A DNA stretch of 64,000 bases. Origin: Podarcis liolepis (Eukaryota). The DNA lies in the NCBI GenBank assembly GCA_965112155.1, contig OZ218098.1; one strand, given 5' to 3'. The notes beneath the pieces are model-generated. The model was not told the DNA's origin, did not search any database, and worked only from the letters and a program-made list of their open reading frames with translations. Positions 26,285-37,168 of this stretch are shown in pieces. Both the position numbers and the translations under genes were made by a program. Every line of letters starts with the position of its first letter. Within the stretch, counting starts at the first letter, position 1.

Positions 26285-27104
26285 GTAAGATTATATCCAG
26301 TAAAGTTGTGTAATCATTTATGCATTGGCGGGTCTTTAAAGCAAGTGCTCAGAGGAGCACTTGGCTACCAGATCCGATTGACACTGGTTGGAAAGCTAGC
26401 CTCTGGTGGGGAATGTTTTGTGACTTGTGGTGTTGACAGGTTGTATGTGGAGCTGCCTAAGAAAGGGCTAAAGACCATTCAGGTTGTGGCTGCAATTTCT
26501 GAAAGGAAGGATGAAAAAAGAAAGAAAGAGGGGGGAGTGTCCTCTGTTGCCTTTTGTGACTGCTAAGATGGGGTAATTTCATTATGGTGAAATCATGCAA
26601 AAAGTTATTTTATCCTTTTTGTATTGCCTTATGCAAAAATTATCCATAGTCATACTACTCAGTATGTATGACAAATGGAAGAAGAAGAACAGCAAAACTA
26701 CGAAGAGGGCCCCCTCTGTTGATCTTAGAATTTAATAATGTGTGCAGGGATGGAGGTGATTATCACATATTTGGTGGCCTAAGTTATTTAGGGCTACAAA
26801 CACATATGTGAGCAACTTGCATTGGGATCAGAAGTGAAGTAGCAACCAGAGCAGCTGTTTTAGAACAGTGGTTTTGTGAGTTCTCCACCCAAAAAACATT
26901 TTCTTGCTTTCACTTACTTGTACAAGAAGCAACAGTCAGTATTCAGCAATCCCCCCCATCAAAGCACCATATATATTTAATTACATTTAACTTTAAGGTA
27001 ATGTAAATTATATGAATTCTAAATGGAACCCCTGCCAGTAATCTGGCTGCTGCATTTTAGACCTGCTAAAGTTTCTGGGTTATCTTCAAGTGCAGCCCCA
27101 CATA

Positions 27105-27612
27105 CAGGTGTACGCCATAATCGTCAAAATTATAACAAAAAGGCTTGACATATCTTGCCTTGCATGTCATGAGTCCATCTCATATATTAGTTTCACCTTT
27201 TAAGTTGAACTACAGTGGTGCCTCGCAAGACGAAAAGAATCCGTTCTGTGATTCTCTTCGTCTAGTGGTTTTTTCGTCTTGCGAAGCAAGCCCATTGAAG
27301 GATTAGCGGATTAGCGCTATTAGCGGCTTTTAGCGGCTTTTAGCGGCTTATCTGCTGATCGGATCAGCTGATAAGCGGCTTAGCGGCTTAGAAAAAGGGG
27401 GGGGGAAGGAAAAAAAACCAGCAGGAACTCGCAAGACATTGTCGTCTTGCGAAGCAAGCCCATAGGAAATTCGTTTTGCGAAGCACCTCCGAAACGGAAA
27501 ACTCTTTCGTCTAGCGAGTTTTCCGTCTTGCGAGGCATTCGTCTTGTGGGGCACCACTGTACTGAAATAAATGAACTTTCCCACAATATTCTCATTTTTC
27601 AAGTTTCACCTG
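27105..27612. mobile_element. Internally deleted Tc1-like element (essentially one ~155-bp TIR), interrupted by MITE copy 3
   Basis: TA|CAGGTG ... GTTTCACCTG|TA; the right end reads as the reverse complement of a Tc1-type TIR start (CAGGTGAAACTTGAAAAATGAGAATATTGTGGGAAAGTTCATTTATTTCAGTA). Confidence 0.75.
27213..27559 (-). mobile_element. Tigger/pogo-like MITE family 1, copy 3 (inserted in a Tc1 remnant)
   Basis: TIRs and TA duplication (27211-12 / 27560-61). Confidence 0.9.
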
Positions 27613-27879
27613 TAGAGTGCACTACAATAATCAAATCTGGAAGTGACCCAAGTATAGAGTACAGCAGCAAATCATTTGTCCAAAAGAGGCCATAGCTGGC
27701 AAATGAGTCAGAGCTGGCCACTTGAGTCTCCAGTATACAGGAAAACTCCCAAGTTATAGACCAGTTTTGTGGAAAGGAAATTCCACCATCTAGGAACTGG
27801 CACAGAGAATGCATTCTGAGGGTTATGAAACTACCAAGAGGACTTCTGCTGATCTTAATACCTGTAGTTTCACATATTT

Positions 27880-28150
27880 GGGTCATTTTTGAACAGTTGA
27901 AGTTTCCGAGTTGCCTTCAAGGGCAGCCCCATGTAAAGCACATTGCGGTAATCCAACTTGGAAGTTGCCAGAGCGTGGAGTACCGTGACCATGTCATCTC
28001 TGCCCCAAAAGGGCTGCAGCTGGCAAACCAGCCCTAGTTGAGAAAGGCATTCCTAGCCCACAAAGGCCACCTGAGTCTCCAGTGAGTGACAATGTGGAGC
28101 ACTCCTAAGTTACAGACTTGGCTCCTTCCAGGGGAATGTACCCAGTCCAG
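27880..28150 (-). mobile_element. Second L2-clade ORF2 fragment
   Basis: Reverse translation VLHALATSKLDYRNVLYMGLPLKATRKLQLFKN. Confidence 0.75.
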
Positions 28151-28424
28151 GACCCCCTGGTCTCCCCATATTTCTTTCCACATTCATATTTAAACTGATG
28201 TATATTTGATATTTGTCAATAGACACCGAAGACCTGCAAGAGGGGGAAATTCCCACAATTTGCACATAGTGAAAGGGGACAGCCTTTCCTTATTTTATTC
28301 AGCATTCCATACAGCAGGCCCTGTTTGCGCAATGAATGCATACTTTACATAAAAGACCTATTTGTTTAAAAATTTAATTCTGATGCAAAGTTGTGGTTGG
28401 AGGGATATAGCCTAAGATATAGGG

Positions 28425-28539
28425 CAGGGGTAGCCATCATAGTACCCTCCATCAACCATGGCTAGCACGGTCAACAATCAGGGATGATGGGAGCTGTAGT
28501 TCAGCATCATCTGCAGAGCACTATTTTGTCTATTCTCAG
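28425..28539. mobile_element. Older relative of the palindromic hAT MITE
   Basis: cagggg start; cagggatgatgggagctgtagttc arm. Confidence 0.5.
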
Positions 28540-29210
28540 TATAGAGAAAGGGCTAGTTACATCTTCACATTACTGCACATTGTGATAAGAGCCAATCCCG
28601 ATCATGAACTCACATTTCCATTGGCTAAAGTGAATGCTGTTATAAATAAAACAGATTGAAATTCCCCACAGTCAGCTGCCTACTCCCTGCTGTAAATCAC
28701 TGCTCACACATGTGGTCTGCTCATGTTAGTAATGGTAATGAACACAGATGAGTTTGAGGTTCTTCTTCCATAACCTGGAAAAAAACTTGCAATGTACGAT
28801 TTTCCATTATAGGCACTTAGAGCAGTGATCTTGCATGCATTCATTGCTATGACATTTCACTGCCAATGTGAGTAGACTGTTAACATGATTTGCAGAAGTG
28901 AGCTGGGAGTTGAATGTAGGAGAACTGTCAGATTTCCTTGTTATTTTGAGATTTGCCTGATGCTGAGGTCTGGCATAGGTAGTTGAGGATAGTGTCCCAT
29001 TTTTATCACCATTGTAAACTATGGATTAGACACTACTGCCTGAGGTTTCATCTAGGGATAGTTGCCAATTCTACCAAAAAGGAAACTTAAATGCCTACTC
29101 ATACATAATCTATAGGCTATAAAATAATTGGCCAAAAGTCAACAAGCCTTAATCAGAGGGTTAATCTGAACAAATAGATTTGATTATAATAAGTATTTTT
29201 TGTTTGTCAG

Positions 29211-29428
29211 GTTAACAAAGCTTTGAAGCAGAAATCTGATATAGAGCACTATCGCAACAAATTACGCCTGAAAGCCAAGCGAAAAGGCTATTATGACTTT
29301 CCCCAAGTTGATAATAACAAGGGCTTAGCAGACAGAAAAAAGATGTATGAAAAAGCACAAAATGAAATAGATCATATTTTGGATGCTGATACGGATGGAT
29401 CTTCTCCGTTTGTAGAACCCAAAAACAG
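29211..29428 (+). CDS. KIAA1549L: KIAA1549L exon F: VNKALKQKSDIEHYRNKLRLKAKRKGYYDFPQVDNNKGLADRKKMYEKAQNEIDHILDADTDGSSPFVEPKN
   Basis: Acceptor tttgtttgtcag|, donor CAG|gtgagt; 218 nt, phase 0->2; conserved EHYRNKLRLKAKRKGYYDFP block. Confidence 0.95.
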
Positions 29429-29937
29429 GTGAGTATTTGCTCTATATTTTTGTCATTTCCCTCATCATTTCCACCTCTACCATAAAAGGGCAAGTGGTGA
29501 GGAGTAGTGTCAATTGGCAGAATGGCAGCATGAAGTGACAAGGTTTTTTTGCGCATGAAGAATGTTCCCATATCTGCCATCTTTCCCCTGTTTAGTGATT
29601 TGCCATTTCCTTGAGATGATTGGTGCTTTATTTATGAATGTATTAAGCTGTAATATGATGATAAAAGAGTTGAGAAGCAATATGGCTGTTGGGATAACAT
29701 TCTCTTTTTTCCTGCCTATTGATCAGACCTCAGAATTACTATTATCTCTTGACACCAGGAGAGGGATGGTGGTCTGCCCTGGAGTGTGCTGTGCTACATA
29801 CAGTACTGTGGATGTTGGAAAAATAGATGACAGTACAGCAAATTTCAAATGCTGATGTTACAAACTAATGACTTCTCCTTTTTTTGCCTATGTTAGCAGT
29901 CAGGGTCGAGTATATGATGAACTCTATTTTTATAGAG

Positions 29938-30019
29938 CAGGGTTTCCAAAATTTGAGTCTCCAGCTGTTTTGGGACTACAACTCCCATCATCCCTAGCTA
30001 GCAGGAACAGGAAACCCTT
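29938..30019. mobile_element. Internally deleted copy of the palindromic hAT MITE
   Basis: cagggtttcc...ggaaaccct ends; left arm gggactacaactcccatcatccctagct retained, right arm lost. Confidence 0.7.
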
Positions 30020-32789
30020 CTGTAAAGAGCTTTAGATAGGTGATTCTGTGGGTTTTATTGCCCCCCCTCATTTTTTGATGTAATTAATAAATTATTAATG
30101 GCTTTGTATTAAAACACAAGAGGTAATATGTGGCCTCTGTTGGAATTTTCTTAATGTTCCCCATCTGAATTTGTTGCTTTCTTAGTTCAGTATACAGTAC
30201 TTATTCTTATAAGGACAGATAGTTGTGCTGGTGTCTCTTAGCATTGTAATAAACAAGAACCATTAACTTTTATGCTGACCATTAATTTTTTTATTGCGGC
30301 TGTCCTTCATGGGCTTTTGACTGTAAGATAAGCAGAAAGACTCCAGCACATAGAAAGTCGGAAGTTGTGTGGATGTCATACAGAATGCTCAGTTCTACTA
30401 TGCAAGGCTTAGGAAGAAAATATCATTTTCTCTCTGACACCCAGCTGCCAATTAGAAATTGCAAGTTTTGAAACAAAAATTCCCATCCATTGTCCGTCAA
30501 ACAAGCAGAAGTGTCTAGAAAGAGCTTTTCTGCTCAAGAGCAATAAGAACTGAACTGTTACTCTATTGTCACGTGTTTTCTCAGACCAGGAGGGATTAGG
30601 AACTGTTAAGTGAGTTTTCTACCTGGAATTGTTTGCAGTGCTTCCTCCAGCCCATATAGGCATCCCTCAATCAGTACCTGAGATACAGGGCTCTCTGCTC
30701 AAGATCTGCCTTCAACGCCTGTGCAGAGAAGTAAAGGAAAATGTAGCGTAGAGTTTCTGGAATATCTTTGGTATATAAAGAATGGTGAGATCTTTTATGT
30801 AAATTGGAGCCTGGATAAAATTAAATAAAAAAGAAACTAAGTGCCAGAGAAACATAATTCTAAGGCCATTCAGGTCAGCAAAGAAGAAAGATTCTTGATT
30901 GGTTGGTCTGGTGCCATTGCTGGGACATTAGGGCTTTGTACAGGTCTCCAGTGGAGGAGGCAAGTGGAATTGTTACATATGCATAGTAGAAGATAAGATA
31001 AAGTTTGAATTATACAGTAGCTTCTTCTATTAGCGCAGGCTATCTTAGGAATATAAATGAAGCATGCAGAAATTTTATATTAATGTACACAGTGGAAGTG
31101 ATATAGCCCTGGAATCATGACTGGAAGGTTAGAAAGTATCAAAGGAGCAAGAAATCCTTAACGCATATTTAGCATGAAGTTTTACTATTGAGCCAGTAAA
31201 TTTTATTATGTACTCTGGGATTTGCTTGCTGGTGCACAATGTAGAAAGAGGCCATGGTGTATGTGTTCCATGAGTTTTAATGTTTTATTTGTTGTTTTAG
31301 AGAAAGGAACTTCCTTATTCTAATCCATTTTGCCCAATAATTCACTCACAAATAGTGAAAAAGGTTTTTTTGTGTGTTTGTGGGTAGGGAATATTCACAA
31401 ATTCAGACGTTATTCAGGATTGGATGTCATTTTGGGTTAGTAATACCCACCTTTTGCAGAAGGGTATTAAATTACAGGTATTTTATCATGTTTACTTAGT
31501 AAAGAAGTTCAGATTTTAATCAATTAGATCTTAAAATTCTGCATATTTGCTCTTTGTAAAACAGTATACAACATCTATAGGTTAAATCATAAAGACATTA
31601 GGAATCTTTTCCTCCATATTCCTCCTCTGCAGCTACTGTTACTATTCCCTCTTGGCTTGGTACTTCAAAATGTGAAGAAATAAAACTGTCACCAAATAAA
31701 TTATTCACACACTGGCCTTCGCGCATTCATATTTTTGTATAACATCACTCTAAAAACATTTACAAATTATCAGTGGTACTAAATAAACTGAGTTGTACAT
31801 GGACCAGGTCCCCAGCCCTATAGATTCCTCAGAGTATTGTTCGTCACGTAGTCAGTGTTTTAAAATGCTGCAGTTGTATTCCCTGTCGACAATGACTAAC
31901 CTATGCTTGTGCCAGTTGTTCGTGTTGATACCTCCCTTCTCATTAGTGAATCTTCCTTAAATCAGCTAATTGGCAATCTCAGGGCAATTTCACAAAGACT
32001 GCTCATTATATGTACTGTTCTTGATTCCCCCCTCCCCTTCCTTAATAGTTTCACAATTAGGTCAAGGGTGTGAATCTGCCTAAAATAATCTGAAAACAGT
32101 GTAATCTTTTAATCACAGAAGTGTAGGGCCAGTGTCAGTCCCACCCTGCTGTTCCTCGCATAGGGAGGGACATGTTAAGCTGCCCTGTCCCTGGCTCCAG
32201 TAGTTCTTTGGAAAAAGGAGGTGACAGCCTACACAACAGTGCATTCTGACAGCAATTTGCCTTGGGTTTGCAGGCACTTCTGCCCCCTGGAATTAACTTG
32301 CCCCTCTGTCCTCGAACGGTAGCTACAGGAGAACTCTAGAGACTTTATTCCCTTAGAAAAAATTCATACCACCTCCCTGAATTGCCTCCTTCCTTCCATA
32401 TTTCTAGCCCCTTTCCCTAGAAGATAGAAGGGGGGAGTGCAACACAAATTCTACCCAATTAAGGGGTTTGTGGAGGCTGGAAGCTCCCTAAAACCCCTTT
32501 GCAGAGTGTTGCTATTTCAGGTGGGATTGAATCACAGACTGGGAAATTCCAGTTGCACAATTAAAGTAGATTTGAGGTCTTGCCCAACAAACCCAGTTCC
32601 TCAGAGGATTGGGCTTTTTTGTTTTTGTAGGAAAGGGAAAGTGATGGGGGAAACGTATTGGAGGAAAATGTAGGACAATGCTTGCTTGACACAATTTTGT
32701 CTAGCCTTGCTGAAAACACATTGGGGCAGGTCTTCTGGAAGCAACCCTAGAGGTTCCTCCTGTCCCAAGTTTATTAGCCGTTTACTGAC

Positions 32790-32998
32790 CAAGCTCATTC
32801 TTGGACAAGGATAGCCTGGCTAAGATGATTTATGCACTAGTAACCTCAAGTCTTGACTATTGTAACACCCTCTATTTGGGGCTGCCCTTGTGCCTGGTCC
32901 AGAAGCTCCAGCTGCTACAAAATGCTATGGCTAGATTGTCAATAAGGACAGACTGCCATCAGCACATATCTGAATTGCTTAAAAGTTTGTGCTCACTG
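32790..32998 (+). mobile_element. L2-clade LINE ORF2 fragment
   Basis: DSLAKMIYALVTSSLDYCNTLYLGLPLCLVQKLQLLQNAMARL motif. Confidence 0.8.
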
Positions 32999-33654
32999 GT
33001 TACCGTATTTTTCGCTCTATAAGATGCACTTTCCCCCCTCCACAGTGTATCTTCAGTGTATTATAAAGTTATCCTGTTGCTTTCCCCCTGAATCAAATTA
33101 AATGAATCAGTTTAGGTATAGAGACAAACTTCCTCATTTTCTTCCACTCACTTGGGTTTGCCTCTGTTTTAGTAGTATACTGTTTTAGTAGTGGCTGGTG
33201 CCCATTGGAACTGGGAAGGGCGAAAGGCAAGGAGACCGGCAATAGGCGAAGGCAGAGACAGTGGGAGACGAAGCGAACTAATCTGAGGAAAAAGTTGTAT
33301 TAAACTTGTGATTAGTTGTACTTTTTTACAACCTAGTATTCTGCCTTTCTGTATGCAGATTAATGTTTCAAGGTTGAGGATTTTGTGGTACTAAATTCTT
33401 AAATAAATGACTTTATACATTTGCAATGAATGTATGAAAATTCTAGCATTTCCACATTTTCCTCCCTCACCTCAGACCAGTCCCACTAAGATCTCTCTAC
33501 AGGTCTCATGATACTAAACAAATGTGACAATATGCTAGTTAGGTTATTCTCTTTCTGTTGAAAGCAAAATAATAATAATAGTGTTTTGTTCATGCACTAG
33601 AGCAGGGAAAGTAAAGCCCCCCCCCCCAAGGCATTAGGAAATATGATTTTACAG

Positions 33655-33790
33655 CAGGGACCCCCAAACTATGCCCTCCAGATGTTTTGGGACTACAGTA
33701 CCCATCATCCCTGACCACTGGTCCTGTTAGCTAGGGGTGATGGGAGTTGTAGTCCCAAAACATCTGGAGGGCCAAGTCTGGGGATGCCTG
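33655..33790. mobile_element. hAT-type palindromic MITE, same family as 17187
   Basis: CAGGG...CCTG ends, same fold-back body with inverted centre; TSD ttttacag/ttctagag (6/8). Confidence 0.85.
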
Positions 33791-34182
33791 TTCTAGAGCC
33801 TTCAAGACCCACCAACATTGTAATTTGCACTCATGGTCTGTGTAGATGCCCCACTCTGGCCCTTAGACCTTCTGTTCAGCTATGAAGTAGGTCAGAAACT
33901 CTGCCTCCCACTTTTATCTTAGCTTCTGTCTTGCTTATTTTCTACCCCCAGTGAGTCATCTGATAGATGTTCATTGTTAGTCTGGTTTATTGTCAAATTT
34001 GTGTCACAGAGAAAAATGGGCACCTTTCCCGCATCCATCATCCGTTTCCACAGCATAGAGCTCTGTCATAGCTGTGGGACAATTGCTTGATTTCCTTAGA
34101 AATAACTGGAGAGCTTCAGATTAAATGATGCTACTTATTGGTGTTCTTTATGGACTATGTGTACTGACGGTATAGTGATAAC

Positions 34183-34332
34183 CAGTGCCTTTTTTTCTAA
34201 AAAAAAACTGTTTAGGGGTACTCTCATTTTCCTCCTCATATTGAAATACTGCAACTCAATGAGGCAAAACTTAGATTCACGGAATGTTTAGGGCTATGCC
34301 TACCCCTTCGTCCCCACAGAAAAAAAGCACTG
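34183..34332. mobile_element. hAT-type MITE family B, copy 1
   Basis: TIR CAGTGCCTTTTTTTCT / AGAAAAAAAGCACTG; TSD gtgataac/gagataac (7/8); homologous to 36242..36393. Confidence 0.85.
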
Positions 34333-34540
34333 GAGATAACAAGATATGGGAAATTTAGGACTGGTTCTATTGTGCTAGATCTGGGGTTGATGGGAGTTGT
34401 AGTCCAAAACAGTTGGGGGACACTAGGTTGGTTAAGGCTAGTATGAACTGTGTTACGAACTGTGTTATTAGAAGTGTATTGTTTCTTGAATGCTATTTCT
34501 TAAAACAAACGTAGCAGTTTTTAAGAAGGTTGACTCTGTA

Positions 34541-34782
34541 CAGTGGTACCTCGGGTTACATACACTTCAGGTTACAGATGCTTCAGGTTACAGACTCCGC
34601 TAACCCAGAAATATTACCTTGGGTTAAGAACTTTGCTTCAGGATGAGAACAGAAATCGTGCAGCAGCGGCGCAGCAGCAGCAGGAGGCCCCATTAGCTAA
34701 AGTGGTGCTTCAGGTTAAGAACAGTTTCAGGTTAAGAATAGACCGCCAGAACGAATTAAGTACTTAACCCGAGGTACCACTG
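34541..34782. mobile_element. Tigger/pogo-like MITE family 2
   Basis: Perfect 18-bp TIR CAGTGGTACCTCGGGTTA / TAACCCGAGGTACCACTG, TA duplication, internal reiterated TTCAGGTTA motifs. Confidence 0.9.
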
Positions 34783-35022
34783 TAGAGGATTTTGAAATGC
34801 TTACAGTGTGCTAGCAAGGAATCAGTTTGAGTGTGACATGAACTATCCACGAGTCTCTGGCAGGCAGATTGCTTGAGGAAAAGCCACCACCCAGGTACCC
34901 TTTTTGTCCTTCTGTTTGCTAATTTTGCACATCAGTTTTTTTTCATTCACATGCCGTGATCATGTGTTAGTCCCTGTCTTTGGGTGATCAGACTTCAGTC
35001 CAACAATGCAGTTGCTAAGGTT

Positions 35023-35354
35023 GTGCCTCGCAAGACGAAAATAATCCATTCCGCGAGTCTCTTCGTCTAGCGTTTTTTTCGTCTTGCGAAGCAACCCTAT
35101 TAGCGGATTAGCGGATTAGCGCTATTAGCGGATTAGCGGCTATTAAAGGCTTAGCGTTTTAGCGGCTAAAAGGCTATTAGCGGCTTAGAAAAGGGGGGGG
35201 GAGCGGGAAAAAATTGGGACACTCGCAAGACGTTTTCGTCTTGCGAAGCAAGCCCATAGGGAAATTCGTCTTGCGAAGCAGCTCAAAAACGGAAAACCCT
35301 TTCGTCTAGCGGGTTTTCCGTCTTGCGAGGCATTCGTCTTGCGGGGCACCACTG
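35023..35354 (-). mobile_element. Tigger/pogo-like MITE family 1, copy 4 (outer 5 bp of left TIR missing)
   Basis: Begins at GTGCCTCGCAAGACG, ends GGCACCACTG|TA; same body as copies 2 and 3. Confidence 0.88.
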
Positions 35355-35749
35355 TACTGTACTGAAAAAGGTTGGCACCTAGCTGAATGGTTCGCTAACA
35401 TATGTGAGACGGTATGAATATGCATTGGATGATTTTCAAGCACATCAGGCAAATCCATCATTATTGGAGGTTATTATTGATATGGAAATGAATAAAGAAA
35501 TAACTGGTGTATAGTTACATCGGTTTGAAATTGCAGAGTTATACACAGATCTTCACAAAAAAGAAGCATTTCAGTATTTGTTTGGAGTACATTGTCTAAT
35601 AAATTTTGGTTGTTTGTTTTCAAGTGCTTCAATCTTTCGTCTTCATTGAAGCAATCAATATATAATTTGACTTGATGACTGCCAATGTGTAACTGAATAT
35701 GCATGGGGAATTGATGATTTAGAATATTTTTTTTCAGAACTCAGAGCAT

Positions 35750-35971
35750 AAAGACTGAAGCGACATCCTACTGCGGAAGATGTACCTCTTTACTCTGGCT
35801 TTTTACACCTGATGTGTATATTTTTAGGACATGCCTTATTTCTGTAATTTTAAGTTGTTTTAAAGTGTTCTTAGTCTCATGTTTCAATTATTGCAACCCG
35901 CCTTGGGACCTTGGGGTGAAGGGCAGGTAATAAATTGTTGTAGGCAACAACAACAACAACAACAACAACAA
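35750..35971 (+). mobile_element. L2-like 3' end with (CAA)9 tail directly upstream of exon G
   Basis: cccgccttgggacc...gaagggcaggtaataaat terminus similar to the 36822 element; CAA x9 at 35945-35971. Confidence 0.6.
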
Positions 35972-36006
35972 TACTGGCCTCATTTAAATACTTTATTCTT
36001 CTGCAG

Positions 36007-36136
36007 GCAACAAATGAAGAACTCTGTTTACCGAAGCAGGCAGTCTTTGAACAGTCCAAGTCCAGGAGAAACTGAGATGGATCTACTTGTTACACGAGAG
36101 AGACAAAGGCGTGGTATCCGCAACAGTGGATATGAT
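36007..36136 (+). CDS. KIAA1549L: KIAA1549L exon G: (R)QQMKNSVYRSRQSLNSPSPGETEMDLLVTRERQRRGIRNSGYD
   Basis: Acceptor ttcttctgcag|, donor GAT|gtacgt; 130 nt, phase 2->0. Confidence 0.93.
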
Positions 36137-36241
36137 GTACGTGCATGCAAAATTCATTCACTACAAGCTGCATTGGAAGCGTAGCAAACATTAGAACGGT
36201 CCTAGCAAAACAATCTACCTAGTGTGAAAGTGCTTAATAGC

Positions 36242-36393
36242 CAGTGCTTTTTTCAAAAAATAAAAATAAAAATAAATTAGGGGTACTCTCATTTTCCTAC
36301 TCATATTAAAATACTGCCCCTCAATGAGGCCAAACTTATATTCACAAAATGTTTAGGGGTATGCGTCCCCCCCCCCCCCAGAAAAAAGCACTG
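36242..36393. mobile_element. hAT-type MITE family B, copy 2
   Basis: TIR CAGTGCTTTTTTC / GAAAAAAGCACTG; perfect 8-bp TSD TTAATAGC. Confidence 0.9.
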
Positions 36394-36821
36394 TTAATAG
36401 CTACTTCCTTTTTAGCAACGGCTAGAGCTGATTTTATGCATTTTTTGGTCTTCAGGATTCAGGTTTTTTAAAAATCATATATTCACTTCAGTAGAAGGCA
36501 TGGGAAAGGCAGTTCCTGAAGTCAAGCTTGAATAACAGCAGTTCGTCCATTTTAAACATTCACTCAGGCACATGCCCTTTCCCAAAAGCTCAAGGTGCTT
36601 ACAATCTAAGTAGATTGTTGATCTGACAATACAAGGCTGCTCCTTACAATCTTGTTGAGCCTTCCACACATTTTGATAGTATAAAGGTAAGTAACAAAAA
36701 GGAAACCCAAATTCATACACAATATTTTATTGATTCTGCTGATATGATACAATTCTGCAGTCGTACCATATCAACCAAGCTTAGAACAGGCACCTGGATC
36801 CTAAAAGCCTCAGCTTTCTTT

Positions 36822-37168
36822 CATCTGAAGGAGCGTCTCCACCCCCATTGTTCTACCCGGACACTGAGGTCCAGCACCGAGGGCCTTCTGGCGGTTCCCT
36901 CACTGCGAGAAGCCAAGTTACAGGGAACCAGGCAGAGGGCCTTCTCGGTAGTGGCGCCCGCCCTGTGGAACGCCCTCCCACCAGATGTCAAAGAGAACAA
37001 CAACTACCAGGCTTTTAGAAGACATCTGAAGGCAGCCCTGTTTCGGGAAGCTTTTAATGTTTGATGTATTATAGTATTTTAATATTCTTTTGGAAGCCGC
37101 CCAGAGTGGCTGGGGAGGCCCAGCCAGATGGGCGGGGTATAAATAATAAATTATTATTATTATTATTT
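36822..37168 (+). mobile_element. Young 5'-truncated L2-clade LINE (ORF2 C-terminus, 3' UTR, (TTA)n tail)
   Basis: Open frame HLKERL...RTLRS...RAFSVVAPALWNALP...FRRHLKAALFREAF*, CpGs retained, tail gggcggggtataaataataaattattattattatt. Confidence 0.85.

Larger units (their letters stand above)
26720..27735 (-). mobile_element. Old L2-clade fragment, host of the nested Tc1/MITE insertion
   Basis: Removing 27105..27614 rejoins cagccccacaTAgagtgcactacaataatcaaatctggaagtgacc, the reverse strand of the VTSRFDYCSALYVGL motif. Outer limits approximate. Confidence 0.65.
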
